Notes: a model not told the origin generated them from the letters alone. Shown: positions 9,146-18,920, counted from the first letter of the stretch. The stretch is 64,000 nt of DNA from an uncultured bacterium (GCA_964607485.1 CAZSKP010000001.1:96001-160000), one strand, 5' to 3'. A program made the numbers and translations.

Positions 9146-10674
9146 TCTTTCACCTTTGGGAAAAGCGGCTCGCCCGGCCTGGTCACCGTTCCAGCCGGAA
9201 GCTGCCCCCACTTCTCGGCCGCCTCGAACGAGATGTTCTCGAAATCGTCGGCCCCGAGCTGCGACCACATTTTCGCCGCAGCAACGGGCATGAACGGAGC
9301 GAGCAGGACGGTTATCGTTTGGAGCGATTCAACGAGGTTGTACAGCACGGTATCCAGTCGCGCTTTCTTCTCCGGCTCCTTGGCGAGGTGCCACGGCGCG
9401 TTTTCCTCGACATATTTGTTGCACCTTCGAACGAACGCCCAGATTTCTTCCAGCGCGGCGCTGAACTGCAACTGGTCCATCTGCGCCTTGACGCGCGCGG
9501 GCAGCGCCTTCGCCATGTCGAGAAGCTCTCCGTCGGCCGCGACTTCATCCTCGGGCCGTGGCAATATGCCTTCGTTGTAACGTTTCAGCATCGCGAGCGT
9601 CCGGCTGAAGAGGTTGCCGAGGTCGTTGGCCAGCTCGTTGTTCATCCTGGTTATCATCGCGGCGAGGGAAAAGTCGGCGTCTTTTCCGAACGTACCCTCA
9701 CGCAGAAGAAAGTAGCGGACGGCGTCGGCGCCGTATTTCTCCGCCAGTCCGATCGGGTCCACAACGTTGCCGAGCGATTTCGACATCTTCTGGCCCTCGA
9801 CCGTCCACCAGCCGTGTCCGAACACGCGCTTGGGCAGGGGCAGTTCGGCGGCCATCAGCATGGCGGGCCAAATGACCGTGTGGAACCACAGAATCTCTTT
9901 TCCTATCAAATGCAGGTCGGCGGGCCAGTACTTTTGGAACCGTTCCTCGCCGCTCCCGTAGCCGAGAGCCGTGATGTAGTTCACCAACGCATCGAACCAC
10001 ACATAGATGACATGGTCCGGGTCGCCGGGGACGGGGACTCCCCATTTCACGGTGGTTCGGCTAACGCTCAGGTCGTTCAACCCCTGATGGATTCGGCTCA
10101 CGATTTCATTACGACGCGTTTCCGGCTCGACGAATCCGGGGTTGTCCTCAATGTACTTGAGAAGCTTATCCTCAAAGGCGGAGAGTTTGAAGAAGTAGCT
10201 CTTTTCTTTCAGACGCTGGACCGCCCGCCCGCAGTCGGGGCAATTCCCATCGACCAATTGCGTCTCTGTCCAGAACGCCTCATCGGGCACGCAATACCAT
10301 CCCTCATAATCACCCAGGTAGATGTAACCCTTCGCCCTGAGAATATCGAAAATTTTCCGGACGCCCGTCTCGTGATACTCGTCGGTCGTCCGGATAAGGT
10401 GGTTGTGGCTTATGTTGAGCTTCTTCCACGCCTCCTTGAAACGTTCCACCACTTCGTCGGCCAGTTCCTTGGGCGTTTTGCCGCGTTCGGCGGCCGACTG
10501 GGCGATCTTGTTTCCGTGCTCATCGGTGCCGGTCAGGAAGAAGACGTCGTATCCCTCCATCCTCTTGAAACGAGCGTACACGTCGGCGGCAATCGTGCAG
10601 TAGGCGTGTCCGATATGCGGGACATCGTTCACGTAGTATATGGGCGTGGTGAGATAGAATTTCTTTTCAGGCAT
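9142..10674 (-). CDS. metG: Methionine--tRNA ligase (short form, no C-terminal tRNA-binding domain)
   Basis: TTPIYYVN..HIGH, GTDEHG, YVWFDAL, KMSKS; ends at LFPKVKE. Confidence 0.97.
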   Translation of the reverse strand: MPEKKFYLTTPIYYVNDVPHIGHAYCTIAADVYARFKRMEGYDVFFLTGTDEHGNKIAQSAAERGKTPKELADEVVERFKEAWKKLNISHNHLIRTTDEYHETGVRKIFDILRAKGYIYLGDYEGWYCVPDEAFWTETQLVDGNCPDCGRAVQRLKEKSYFFKLSAFEDKLLKYIEDNPGFVEPETRRNEIVSRIHQGLNDLSVSRTTVKWGVPVPGDPDHVIYVWFDALVNYITALGYGSGEERFQKYWPADLHLIGKEILWFHTVIWPAMLMAAELPLPKRVFGHGWWTVEGQKMSKSLGNVVDPIGLAEKYGADAVRYFLLREGTFGKDADFSLAAMITRMNNELANDLGNLFSRTLAMLKRYNEGILPRPEDEVAADGELLDMAKALPARVKAQMDQLQFSAALEEIWAFVRRCNKYVEENAPWHLAKEPEKKARLDTVLYNLVESLQTITVLLAPFMPVAAAKMWSQLGADDFENISFEAAEKWGQLPAGTVTRPGEPLFPKVKE

Positions 10675-11413
10675 CGACGGGACCGTTTCCTCTCTCATCA
10701 TTTTCTAAGTTATCATCTGCGGCATCGGCGGCGCTGTCCTCGGCCTTGTCATCTTTCTCTTTTTCCGCTTCGGCGTAGCAGGCGTATTCATACTGGATGC
10801 AGCACATGAGCCGCCCGCATTGTCCCGAGATCTTCGTGGGGTTGAGCGCGAGGCTCTGTTTCTTCGCCATCTTGATCGAAACGGGGGAGAACTCCCTCAG
10901 GAATGTGGCGCAGCAAAGGGGCCTGCCGCAGCAGCCCATCCCGCCGACGATGCGCGCCTCGTCGCGGACGCCTATCTGGCGCAATTCTATGCGCGTGCGA
11001 AACTGGTGGGCGAGGTCCTTGACCAATTCCCTGAAATCGACGCGCGTCTCGGACCGAAAATAAAAGAGGATTTTGCTCTTGTCGAAAGTCGCCTCGACTC
11101 CGACGAGCTTCATGGGAAGCTCTCGTTCCTCGATTTTGTTCTCGCAAATCTTGAAGGCTTCATCCTCGAGCTTAAGCAACTCCGCGTGGCGTTTTTTGTC
11201 CTCCGAGGTCGCCTTGCGGACGGCCTTCATCAGTCCGCACAGACATTTCGGCTCAAAGGTAATGTTGCGCGGTTCGACGACGACCTCGCCCAACTTCAGG
11301 CCGAGGTCGGTCTTGACGATACAGGCGTCGCCGGGTTGCAGTTTCAGTCCCTCGGATTGAAACGTGTGAATCCGGCCCTGTTCCTTGAACTTTATCTTGC
11401 CTACTCCAATCAT
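10667..11413 (-). CDS. ricT: PSP1 / YaaT (RicT) family protein
   Basis: RVDFRELVKDL, RIELRQIGVRDEA, GCCGRPLCC, KISGQCGRLMCC. Confidence 0.93.
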   Translation of the reverse strand: MIGVGKIKFKEQGRIHTFQSEGLKLQPGDACIVKTDLGLKLGEVVVEPRNITFEPKCLCGLMKAVRKATSEDKKRHAELLKLEDEAFKICENKIEERELPMKLVGVEATFDKSKILFYFRSETRVDFRELVKDLAHQFRTRIELRQIGVRDEARIVGGMGCCGRPLCCATFLREFSPVSIKMAKKQSLALNPTKISGQCGRLMCCIQYEYACYAEAEKEKDDKAEDSAADAADDNLENDERGNGPVDA

Positions 11414-11467
11414 TTCAGCACCTCTAAGATGTGGCTTATATCATTAACGGGCTTGCGCCCGATTCTC

Positions 11468-12568
11468 TCACGCGCTGCGCAGCCTCAACAGGAGGTCCAT
11501 GAACACACGGTCCTCCCCGACGTAATGAGAGCAGTACCCCGAGGCTCGTTCGATGTCTTCCATGTTTTGCGCTATCGCCGAGCGGCTCATTTCTTTGGCG
11601 CGGGCGCGGAGCAGGTCGATTCTGTTGCGGTTAATGACGAGTTCTTCGGCGTTTGTTTCCTTCACTACCAATATGTCCCTGTAGAGAGTGAGCAGCAAGC
11701 CTAAACAGTCGTTCAGGAATTCCCTGTAGTATCTGTCAACAAATGACTTACGCAAGTCCTCCGTCGATGACTTCATTGCCGGGGTCAGGTCCTCGCCACC
11801 TGTGGAAATCCTGCTCGCGGCCTGCTCCTGGAGGCTGGCGCGCTCGTCGGCGAACAGCTCCAGCACCCGGTCGTAGGCCTCCAACCTTGCGGGATAGCTT
11901 TCAAGCGATTCGACGATGCTCGTGATGGCGTCGAAGCGCTGCGGGTCGGCGAACTGAAGTCCGCGCGTGACCTGCCCGTCGGCAAGTTCGGCGGCGACGG
12001 CGGCTCGTTCGGTGTCAATATGAAAATCCGACACCAGTATCCGCGCGACCGATTCGGCGCGAAGCCTGCCGAACTTAATCGGCTGGCACCGCGAGGCGAC
12101 GGTCGGAAGCACGCTCTCGGGCCGTTCCGTGACGAGCACGAACACGGTGAACGGAGGCGGCTCCTCGAGCGTCTTGAGGAGTTTGTTTGCGGCGTCGATG
12201 CCGAGGCGGTGCGCTTCGGACAGCACGAACACCTTGTATTTTCCCTTCATCGGCCGCATGTAGGCGAAGGGGAGCAGCTCCTCGATCTGCTTGACGGTGA
12301 TAGTCGAAGACCTCTTGGTCGGCATGACCGTTTGCACGTCGGGATGTTTCCCCTCCGCGATCAGCCGGCATGGGGCGCATGTTCCGCAGGGGTTGTCGTC
12401 CCGCATTTTTTCGCAGTTCAATGCCTTGGCGAAAACGGTCGCCGTGAGCTTCCGGCCGACGCCGGACGGTCCGACAAAGAGATAGGCGTGCGCCACCCGA
12501 TTCTTCTTTATGGCCGACTGGAGCGTGCGCACCGCCGTGGATTGGTCGTATATCTTGTGGAAGCTCAT
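11468..12568 (-). CDS. holB: DNA polymerase III subunit delta'
   Basis: HAYLFVGPSGVG, Zn-binding Cys cluster, HPD, ANKLLKTLEEPP, SRCQ; follows tmk. Confidence 0.95.
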   Translation of the reverse strand: MSFHKIYDQSTAVRTLQSAIKKNRVAHAYLFVGPSGVGRKLTATVFAKALNCEKMRDDNPCGTCAPCRLIAEGKHPDVQTVMPTKRSSTITVKQIEELLPFAYMRPMKGKYKVFVLSEAHRLGIDAANKLLKTLEEPPPFTVFVLVTERPESVLPTVASRCQPIKFGRLRAESVARILVSDFHIDTERAAVAAELADGQVTRGLQFADPQRFDAITSIVESLESYPARLEAYDRVLELFADERASLQEQAASRISTGGEDLTPAMKSSTEDLRKSFVDRYYREFLNDCLGLLLTLYRDILVVKETNAEELVINRNRIDLLRARAKEMSRSAIAQNMEDIERASGYCSHYVGEDRVFMDLLLRLRSA

Positions 12569-13293
12569 GTTGCCTTCACCAGAAAAGGCTCGACGAGCGA
12601 AACGATGGTTCTGTGCACGTCCTCTATCGAGCCGGTCACGGGAATCACCTTGATGCGGTCGGGCTGCTGCTCCGCAAGCTGAAGGTATCCTTTGCGGACA
12701 CGCCGGTGGAACTCTTTGTGTTCGTTCTCCATCCGGTCAACCGTTTCGATACTGTCGCTATTGGCAAATTCTCTCTTCGCGGAAAGCGTGCGGCGGATGC
12801 CGAGGTCTACGTCCATGTCGAGGAGGACTGTAATATCGGGTTTGAGTCCGCCTGTGGCGAGATCATTCACTTGCTGGATTGCTTTTACTGGAATTCCCCG
12901 CCCGTGTCCCTGATAGGCGAGCGTGGCATCGGAGAACCGGTCAGACACCACCCACATCCCGCTGTCAAGCGCGGGCCGGATGACATCTCTCACTAATTGG
13001 GCACGTGCCGCAAGAAAGAGAAGTAGTTCTGTGATCGGGGTGAGCGTTGAATGAGGGAAGAGAGCCAACTGCATGCCAGGGCGATTTATTTCACTGAGAT
13101 AGGTGAGGTCGGAATGGGCGGGAGAGAGTAGTATCTCTCGAATTCTTTCTCCAACTCCCGTTCCGCCGGGTTCCCTTGTCCCAATGACCTGCATGCCTCT
13201 CTTGTACAGATACTCGGCGAGCAGGGCAGCCTGGGTTGTTTTGCCGCTTCCCTCGACGCCTTCTATCGTGATAAATTTCCCGCGTTTATCCAT
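12565..13293 (-). CDS. tmk: Thymidylate kinase
   Basis: IEGVEGSGKTTQ, REPGGT, DRFSDATLAYQG. Confidence 0.96.
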   Translation of the reverse strand: MDKRGKFITIEGVEGSGKTTQAALLAEYLYKRGMQVIGTREPGGTGVGERIREILLSPAHSDLTYLSEINRPGMQLALFPHSTLTPITELLLFLAARAQLVRDVIRPALDSGMWVVSDRFSDATLAYQGHGRGIPVKAIQQVNDLATGGLKPDITVLLDMDVDLGIRRTLSAKREFANSDSIETVDRMENEHKEFHRRVRKGYLQLAEQQPDRIKVIPVTGSIEDVHRTIVSLVEPFLVKAT

Positions 13294-14158
13294 GCTGGTT
13301 TTTTCGATTGAGCACGTCTCTCATCCGCTTTGCCGAGCTGAAGAAGTCGAAGAGCTTTTCGTATTCGCCTTCGCTCAGGTACAGGTCGAACTCCTCCAGG
13401 TCGCTGCGGAGCGTGGCCATTGCTTCCCTGATTTCTTTCGGGTTGTTCATGCAGATGTCGGCCCACATCTCCGGGTCGCTCGAGGCGATGCGGGTGGTGT
13501 CGAGGAATCCCTTGCCGACGAGCCCGGCGCGGTCCTCCGGCAGCGTCCTCAGTCCCGCAACCAGCAGCGCGGCCACTATGTGAGGCAGGTGGCTGGTCTG
13601 AGCCACCACTCGGTCGTGATCCACCGGCGTCATCTCTACGACGTTTCCGCCGACGCGTTTCCACATGTCTCTCACAGTAGCTGCCACGTCCGGGTCGGTC
13701 GCCGGAGTCGGTGTGACAAAGACGGTTGCGCCCTTGAAGAGGTCGGCCGAGGCGTGCTGAACTCCCTTCTTCTCGGATCCGGTGAAGGGATGGCTTCCGA
13801 CAAACCTGGGGCCGGCCCGATACATTCTTTCGACCGCTTCGACAATCGTCCACTTCACGCTGCCGACGTCGGTAATCACGCACTTCTCCTCGAGCGAGCT
13901 CTCCATTTCGGCGATGATTCCCGCGATGGAACCGACGGGGGTCGAGACCACGATGAGGTCGGCCCCGGCCGCGGCTTCGGGAAATTCGTCGACCGCTTCG
14001 TCGATGGCGCCCGCCTTGAGCCCTGCTTCTATCGAGGCCCGGCTGCGTCCCAAACCGACGACCTTTTCACAGAGTCCCCTTGCCTTCAGCGCGAGCCCCA
14101 CGGACCCGCCCAGAAGTCCGACGCCTACTATCGCCACTCTATTGAAAAACAATTTCAC
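13286..14158 (-). CDS. tyrA: Prephenate dehydrogenase
   Basis: GVGLLGGS, TDVGSVK, HPFTGSE, HD..SHLPH, DTTRIA; GTG start inferred. Confidence 0.92.
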   Translation of the reverse strand: MKLFFNRVAIVGVGLLGGSVGLALKARGLCEKVVGLGRSRASIEAGLKAGAIDEAVDEFPEAAAGADLIVVSTPVGSIAGIIAEMESSLEEKCVITDVGSVKWTIVEAVERMYRAGPRFVGSHPFTGSEKKGVQHASADLFKGATVFVTPTPATDPDVAATVRDMWKRVGGNVVEMTPVDHDRVVAQTSHLPHIVAALLVAGLRTLPEDRAGLVGKGFLDTTRIASSDPEMWADICMNNPKEIREAMATLRSDLEEFDLYLSEGEYEKLFDFFSSAKRMRDVLNRKNQHG

Positions 14159-14208
14159 CGTCCCTGAGAATAATGAATTATTATCGCAATCTTCATTCTG
14201 CGTTTTAC

Positions 14209-14238
14209 TGCAGGGGCGGTTCGCGAACCGTCCCTGCA
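14209..14238. repeat. REP-like palindrome TGCAGGGGCGGTTCGCGAACCGTCCCTGCA
   Basis: Near-perfect 30-bp palindrome between hisA and tyrA; resembles GTAG-class REP sequences. Confidence 0.65.
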
Positions 14239-14260
14239 TTGTCCGACGTACTCACTGTCT

Positions 14261-15004
14261 CTATTGCTCGGGTGGACTTTCGATTGTCGCGATATCGATG
14301 GCTCGCCTCAGGCTGAAAGAGCCCTCGTAGAGCGCTTTGCCAATTATCATTCCGATGATGCGGCCGGGCGCGAGCCTGGATATTTCGGCCACGTCGGCCA
14401 GGCTCGATATGCCGCCCGAAGCCACTATGGGAATCGAAACTCCGTCGGCCATCTTCTTGAGCGCGTCTTTGTTCGGCCCGGCGAGCATGCCGTCGCACGA
14501 GATATCGGTATAAATGATGAGTCCTGCGCCCTCTTCGGCGACCCTGTTGCCGAACTGAATCGCATCGACGTCTGTCACGTCGCGCCAGCCCTTGACCGCG
14601 ACCTTGCCGTCGCGCGCGTCAATGCCGACGGCGATCTTCTCGCCGAACTCCTTGCACGCCTCGCCGAGGAAATCGGTGGACTGAAACGCGGCGGTGCCCA
14701 GCACCGCGCGGTCCACGCCTATTTCGAACACCCGGGCAAGAATGTCCAGCGTGCGATTGCCACCGCCGAACTGAATCGGGATGTCCACTGCCGCGCGTAT
14801 CGCCTTGAGCGAGGACAGATTCTGCGGCTCGCCGGCAAAGGCGCCGTCGAGGTCAACCACATGCAGCCACTTGGCTCCCTGTTGCGCCCAATCTCGGGCG
14901 ACCTGCGCAGGGTCGTCGGAGTAGGCCTTCTCCTTTTCGGGCTTTCCTTGCTGGAGGCGAACACAGCGGCCGGCCTTGAGGTCAATCGCTGGGAGGATTA
15001 TCAT
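14261..15004 (-). CDS. hisA: ProFAR isomerase
   Basis: [40 protein letters not shown]. Confidence 0.96.
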   Translation of the reverse strand: MIILPAIDLKAGRCVRLQQGKPEKEKAYSDDPAQVARDWAQQGAKWLHVVDLDGAFAGEPQNLSSLKAIRAAVDIPIQFGGGNRTLDILARVFEIGVDRAVLGTAAFQSTDFLGEACKEFGEKIAVGIDARDGKVAVKGWRDVTDVDAIQFGNRVAEEGAGLIIYTDISCDGMLAGPNKDALKKMADGVSIPIVASGGISSLADVAEISRLAPGRIIGMIIGKALYEGSFSLRRAIDIATIESPPEQ

Positions 15005-15362
15005 TCTTATCCAGGTGTGCTTTGGCGACTTCCACCAACTGGCTGAACACCTGACTGTCATTCACGGCAAGCTCGGCCAGCATCTTTCGGTCAACCTCGA
15101 TCGAAGCCTTGTTCAGCCCGTCCATGAACCGGTTATAGGACAGGCCGTTCAATCGCGCCGCTGCGTTGATGCGTGTTATCCAGAGGCGGCGGAACTGCCT
15201 TTTGCGCGTTCTCCGGTCGCGGTACGAGAACCGGAGGCTGCGCATGACGGCCTCGTTTGCGGTGCGGAACATCCTGCTCTTTCCGCCGTAGTAGCCACTC
15301 GCCATCTTCAGAACCTTGCGCCGGCGGCTGCGTGAGGCTGGGCTGTTGCGTGTCCTTGGCAT
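14982..15362 (-). CDS. rplT: 50S ribosomal protein L20
   Basis: [33 protein letters not shown]. Confidence 0.98.
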   Translation of the reverse strand: MPRTRNSPASRSRRRKVLKMASGYYGGKSRMFRTANEAVMRSLRFSYRDRRTRKRQFRRLWITRINAAARLNGLSYNRFMDGLNKASIEVDRKMLAELAVNDSQVFSQLVEVAKAHLDKNDNPPSD

Positions 15363-15413
15363 TGTTCAGTTCACTCCTTTTTTAGGTCTCGACCCGAGCG
15401 CGGCTGAATTCTA

Positions 15414-15608
15414 TCAGACCGACAGGAGTCTCTCGATCCGCTTCTGGTCGGCTTTTGCGACTATGCCGGTCTTCCTCAGTTTACGCTTGCGCGAGCTGGT
15501 CTTCTTCGTCAGCAGATGGCCCTTATAGGCCCGGCTGCGCTTGAACTTGCCGGTCGCGGTCTTCTTGAAGCGTTTCGCCGCGCCTCGGTTGCTTTTCATC
15601 TTGGGCAT
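15414..15608 (-). CDS. rpmI: 50S ribosomal protein L35
   Basis: [21 protein letters not shown]. Confidence 0.98.
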   Translation of the reverse strand: MPKMKSNRGAAKRFKKTATGKFKRSRAYKGHLLTKKTSSRKRKLRKTGIVAKADQKRIERLLSV

Positions 15609-15684
15609 TTTGTACTCCTTCTTCCGGAGCGTGACAAAAAGACACCCCTACTTTTTTTCAATCCAACAGGTTATCTCCCAGAAG

Positions 15685-16218
15685 TTAGTGCTTGGGCACC
15701 AGCACGAGGGTCATGTTTCGGCCCTCAAGCCTGGGCTGCTGCTCGACGGACGCTATGTCCTGAGTATCCTGAACGAGTCGTTCGAGTATTTTCCTGCCGC
15801 GGTCGGTATGAACCATTTCACGGCCGCGGAACATTATGGTTATTTTGGCCTTGTTGCCCTCGGTCAGGAATTTTTGTACGTGTTTCAGTTTGAACTGATA
15901 GTCATGCTCCTCGGTCTTCGGCCGAAACTTCATCTCCTTCACGACTATCATGTGCTGATGCTTCTTGGCCTCCTTGGCCCGCTTGCTTTGCTCGTACTTG
16001 TATTTGCCGTAGTCCATTATTCGGCAGACGGGAGGCGAAGCCGTGGGAGCCACCTCCACAAGGTCGAGCTCTTGTTCCCGGGCCAGCTTGAGACCTTCCT
16101 CGGCCGACATGATGCCGATCTGCTCTCCATCCGCGCCGATGAGACGTATCGACCTGGCGCGAATCCTTTCGTTCACTCTGGTCTTGTCAACCGTTCGTCT
16201 GGTTCTGTTAAACTTTAT
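15685..16218 (-). CDS. infC: Translation initiation factor IF-3 (ATA start)
   Basis: NERIR, LDLVEVAP..PPVCRIMDYGKYKY, MFRGRE; in-frame ATA just downstream of GGAGGTGG. Confidence 0.95.
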   Translation of the reverse strand: MKFNRTRRTVDKTRVNERIRARSIRLIGADGEQIGIMSAEEGLKLAREQELDLVEVAPTASPPVCRIMDYGKYKYEQSKRAKEAKKHQHMIVVKEMKFRPKTEEHDYQFKLKHVQKFLTEGNKAKITIMFRGREMVHTDRGRKILERLVQDTQDIASVEQQPRLEGRNMTLVLVPKH

Positions 16219-16255
16219 CGCGCACCACCTCCCCGTTCATCAGAACGTGCGATAA

Positions 16256-16380
16256 GGAAAAATAAAAAAAGATGGCAGAATGCCATCTTCTCGCGTGGAT
16301 AACCCACGCGAGCCCGATAACCCCGCGAGCAACCACACTGTGGCGCAACGGGGTGAGAAGCTGTGGCTTCTGCTTCTGAC
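16256..16380 (-). ncRNA. L20 leader (infC-rpmI-rplT attenuator) with intrinsic terminator
   Basis: Minus strand AAGCAGAAGCCACAGCTTCTCACC resembles the Firmicute L20-leader core; followed by hairpins and AAGATGGCA-TTC-TGCCATCTT plus T-run, upstream of infC. Confidence 0.75.
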
Positions 16381-16424
16381 GTCGCTGTGTCTATTCACCG
16401 TATGTGTATCTCTTGCTGGGATGA

Positions 16425-16454
16425 ATAGTAACACAGTCGCGCCTCCTGTGTCAA
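16425..16454 (-). promoter_or_regulatory. Sigma70-type promoter for infC operon
   Basis: TTGACA-N18-TACTAT with TG at the extended -10 position. Confidence 0.65.
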
Positions 16455-16560
16455 GCGGTCGGCGGGGGCAGAAAGGCCGCTCCCTGGCCCAATATGTAGA
16501 GGAAACACGCCATTTGCCCCGAAAAAACACAATATTTTGTATTGTTAAGCTCCAATTTTC

Positions 16561-16590
16561 TTGACAAGCGTTCAAACGGGATGATATACT
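16561..16590 (+). promoter_or_regulatory. Sigma70-type promoter for fliQ operon
   Basis: TTGACA-N18-TATACT with TG extension. Confidence 0.65.
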
Positions 16591-16677
16591 TCAAAAGTAA
16601 CGGTGATAAAGGGTTTTGTCGTGTCATCGGTGTGTTGGGAGCGAGGCGCAAGAATGAAGATATGGTGGTGATGCGGA

Positions 16678-16947
16678 ATGACTCCTCAAACTGTAGTGGA
16701 TATCGGACGTGAAGCCTTGATGATTACGCTGCTCATTGCGGCGCCCCCGCTCTTGGCCGGTCTGGCCGTCGGCTTGATTATCAGCATATTTCAGGCGGTC
16801 ACCCAGATTCAGGAGTTCACGCTCACGTTTATCCCGAAAATACTCGCGGTGTTTGTGGCCACGATGATATTTCTTCCGTGGATGCTTCAGATTTTCCTTG
16901 GATACACCACCAATCTTTTCATACAGATTCCCATGTTGGCCAAATGA
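16678..16947 (+). CDS. fliQ: Flagellar export protein FliQ
   Basis: GLIISIFQAVTQIQEFTLTFIPK. Confidence 0.96.
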   Translation: MTPQTVVDIGREALMITLLIAAPPLLAGLAVGLIISIFQAVTQIQEFTLTFIPKILAVFVATMIFLPWMLQIFLGYTTNLFIQIPMLAK

Positions 16948-16953
16948 GCGGAG

Positions 16954-17760
16954 TTGGCCGGCCAAAGATTTGAGGATTGGGTGGAGAATCCGTTCATATT
17001 CACCGTTTTAAGGTTTGAGGCGTTCCTGCTGATATTCATGCGGGTGGGCGCCATGCTGTTTGTGGCTCCCGTGTTCGGTGGCGGCGTCGTGCCGACGCAG
17101 ACAAAGGTGTTGCTGTCTCTGGTGCTGTCGCTCGTGTTGCTCCCGATGGTGCGAGTCCCGAGCGGGGCGTTGCCTCTCGACGTCGTGCCGCTGGCCTGGC
17201 TGGGGGTGAACGAGCTGCTCGTGGGGCTGGTGATGGGCGCGTCGCTCATTTTCCTCTTTGCGGCGATTCAATATGCGGGACAGATTGTCGATTTCCAGAT
17301 GGGTTTCAGCATCGTGAACCTGATCGATCCCACGCAGGACGTACAGATTCCGGTCATGGGGTTCTTCCATTTCTTAATTGCCACGCTGATTTTTCTGGCC
17401 ATGGACGCGCATCACTGGATCATTCGCGCTCTGACGGACAGCTTCGAGATCGTCCCGCTCATGACAGCGGGCTTCTCGGGTCTGGTGGTAGGCAACGTTG
17501 CGAGGGCGTTCGGCGACCTGTTCGTCGTGGCCATGAGGATTGCCGCGCCGGCCATCGCCGTGCTGATGCTGTACAACGCCGCTCTGGGCATCATCGCCAA
17601 GACGGTGCCCCAGATTAATCTGTTGATAGTCGGCTTTCCGGTGCGCATCGCCATCGGCATGATCGTGGTCGGGCTCTCGATGGCGTTCTTCTACCCGTAT
17701 CTGTCGCACGCTTTCGACCTGATGATTGCGGACGTTTATGCGGTGATAAGGCAATTATGA
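16954..17760 (+). CDS. fliR: Flagellar export protein FliR
   Basis: APVFG, AGQIVDFQMGF, PQINLLIVGFP; start may be GTG 16981. Confidence 0.95.
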   Translation: MAGQRFEDWVENPFIFTVLRFEAFLLIFMRVGAMLFVAPVFGGGVVPTQTKVLLSLVLSLVLLPMVRVPSGALPLDVVPLAWLGVNELLVGLVMGASLIFLFAAIQYAGQIVDFQMGFSIVNLIDPTQDVQIPVMGFFHFLIATLIFLAMDAHHWIIRALTDSFEIVPLMTAGFSGLVVGNVARAFGDLFVVAMRIAAPAIAVLMLYNAALGIIAKTVPQINLLIVGFPVRIAIGMIVVGLSMAFFYPYLSHAFDLMIADVYAVIRQL

Positions 17761-17768
17761 GGTGAGCC

Positions 17769-18872
17769 ATGCCCGAACCGTATGCGGGCGAAAAGACAGA
17801 GCCGGCGACCCCGCGCAGACGTGAGGAAGTGCGGAAGAAAGGGCAGGTCGCAAAGAGCACCGATCTCAACTCGGCGATCGTGCTTCTGGCGGCAACCCTC
17901 GCGCTCTATTTCCTCGTGCCGGCGCTGATGCGAGGGCTCAGCGACGTGACGCGTTCGTATTTGGAAGACGCCGCCACCATGCAGGTAGATATCGATTCGG
18001 TCCAGGCTTTGCTGATAAAGATGGTGTTCCAGGTGAGCGGCTTTTTCGTTCCGTTCATGCTGATAATTCTGGCGGCCGCGCTGCTGTCGAACGTCATGCA
18101 GGTCGGGTTCAACCTGAGCGGTTACCCGATGATACCCCGGATCGAGAAGCTCAGCCCGACGGCGGGGCTGAGGAGAATGTTTTCGGCTCGTTCGTTCGCC
18201 GAGCTGATGAAATCCATCTTCAAAATCGGGGTGGTGGGCGCGATAGCTTTCATCACGATTCGGGGCGAGTTCGACAGGCTGATGTCGCTGATGAACGTGG
18301 ATGTGTGGGGCGCGTGGGCATTCTTCGGAAAAGTATGTTTCACGCTCGGGATGAGGATCGCGATCGCGTTTCTCATGATCGGGCTGGCGGACTACGGCTT
18401 CCAGCGCTACCAGTTCGAGCAGGACATAAAGATGACGAAAGAGGAAGTGCGTCAGGAGCTGAAGGACTTCGAGGGCGACCCGCAGATTCGGGCCCGCATC
18501 AGGCGCGTTCGCAGACAGATGGCGATAAGCCGCATGATGGCCGAGGTTCCCCGCGCGCACGTTGTGGTCACGAATCCGACCTTCCTGGCCGTCGCGCTCA
18601 GGTATGAAATGGAAAAGATGCACGCTCCGGTGGTTGTGGCCAAGGGGGCGCGTTTGATGGCCGAGCGCATCAGGGAGGTCGCGGTTTCCAACGGAGTTCC
18701 CATAGTCGAGAATGCCCCGCTCACGCAGATGCTCTACAAGTCGGTCGAGGTGGGCGGACAAATTCCCGAACAGCTCTACCGGGCTGTTGCCGAGGTGCTC
18801 GCATACGTGTACCAGATAGACAAGCGGGGCCGCGAACGGTGGGCGTCGTTAAGCGGCGCGGCCACCCGATGA
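17769..18872 (+). CDS. flhB: Flagellar export protein FlhB
   Basis: EKTEPATPRR, KMTKEEV..EGDPQI, NPTF, PVVVAKG. Confidence 0.97.
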   Translation: MPEPYAGEKTEPATPRRREEVRKKGQVAKSTDLNSAIVLLAATLALYFLVPALMRGLSDVTRSYLEDAATMQVDIDSVQALLIKMVFQVSGFFVPFMLIILAAALLSNVMQVGFNLSGYPMIPRIEKLSPTAGLRRMFSARSFAELMKSIFKIGVVGAIAFITIRGEFDRLMSLMNVDVWGAWAFFGKVCFTLGMRIAIAFLMIGLADYGFQRYQFEQDIKMTKEEVRQELKDFEGDPQIRARIRRVRRQMAISRMMAEVPRAHVVVTNPTFLAVALRYEMEKMHAPVVVAKGARLMAERIREVAVSNGVPIVENAPLTQMLYKSVEVGGQIPEQLYRAVAEVLAYVYQIDKRGRERWASLSGAATR

Positions 18873-18920
18873 GTCTGAGCGGGGTGCAAAGTCCCGTAAC
18901 GAGGGATTGCGGACGATAGA

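Noticed and set aside
6028-10809. Long plus-strand ORFs (6028-7233, 7757-8845, 9127-10809)
   Set aside because: Antisense shadows of recognisable minus-strand genes in GC-rich DNA, with no motifs.
16607-16633. Sigma28 promoter before fliQ
   Set aside because: TAAA is present but the -10 is a poor match to GCCGATAA; a sigma70 promoter fits better.
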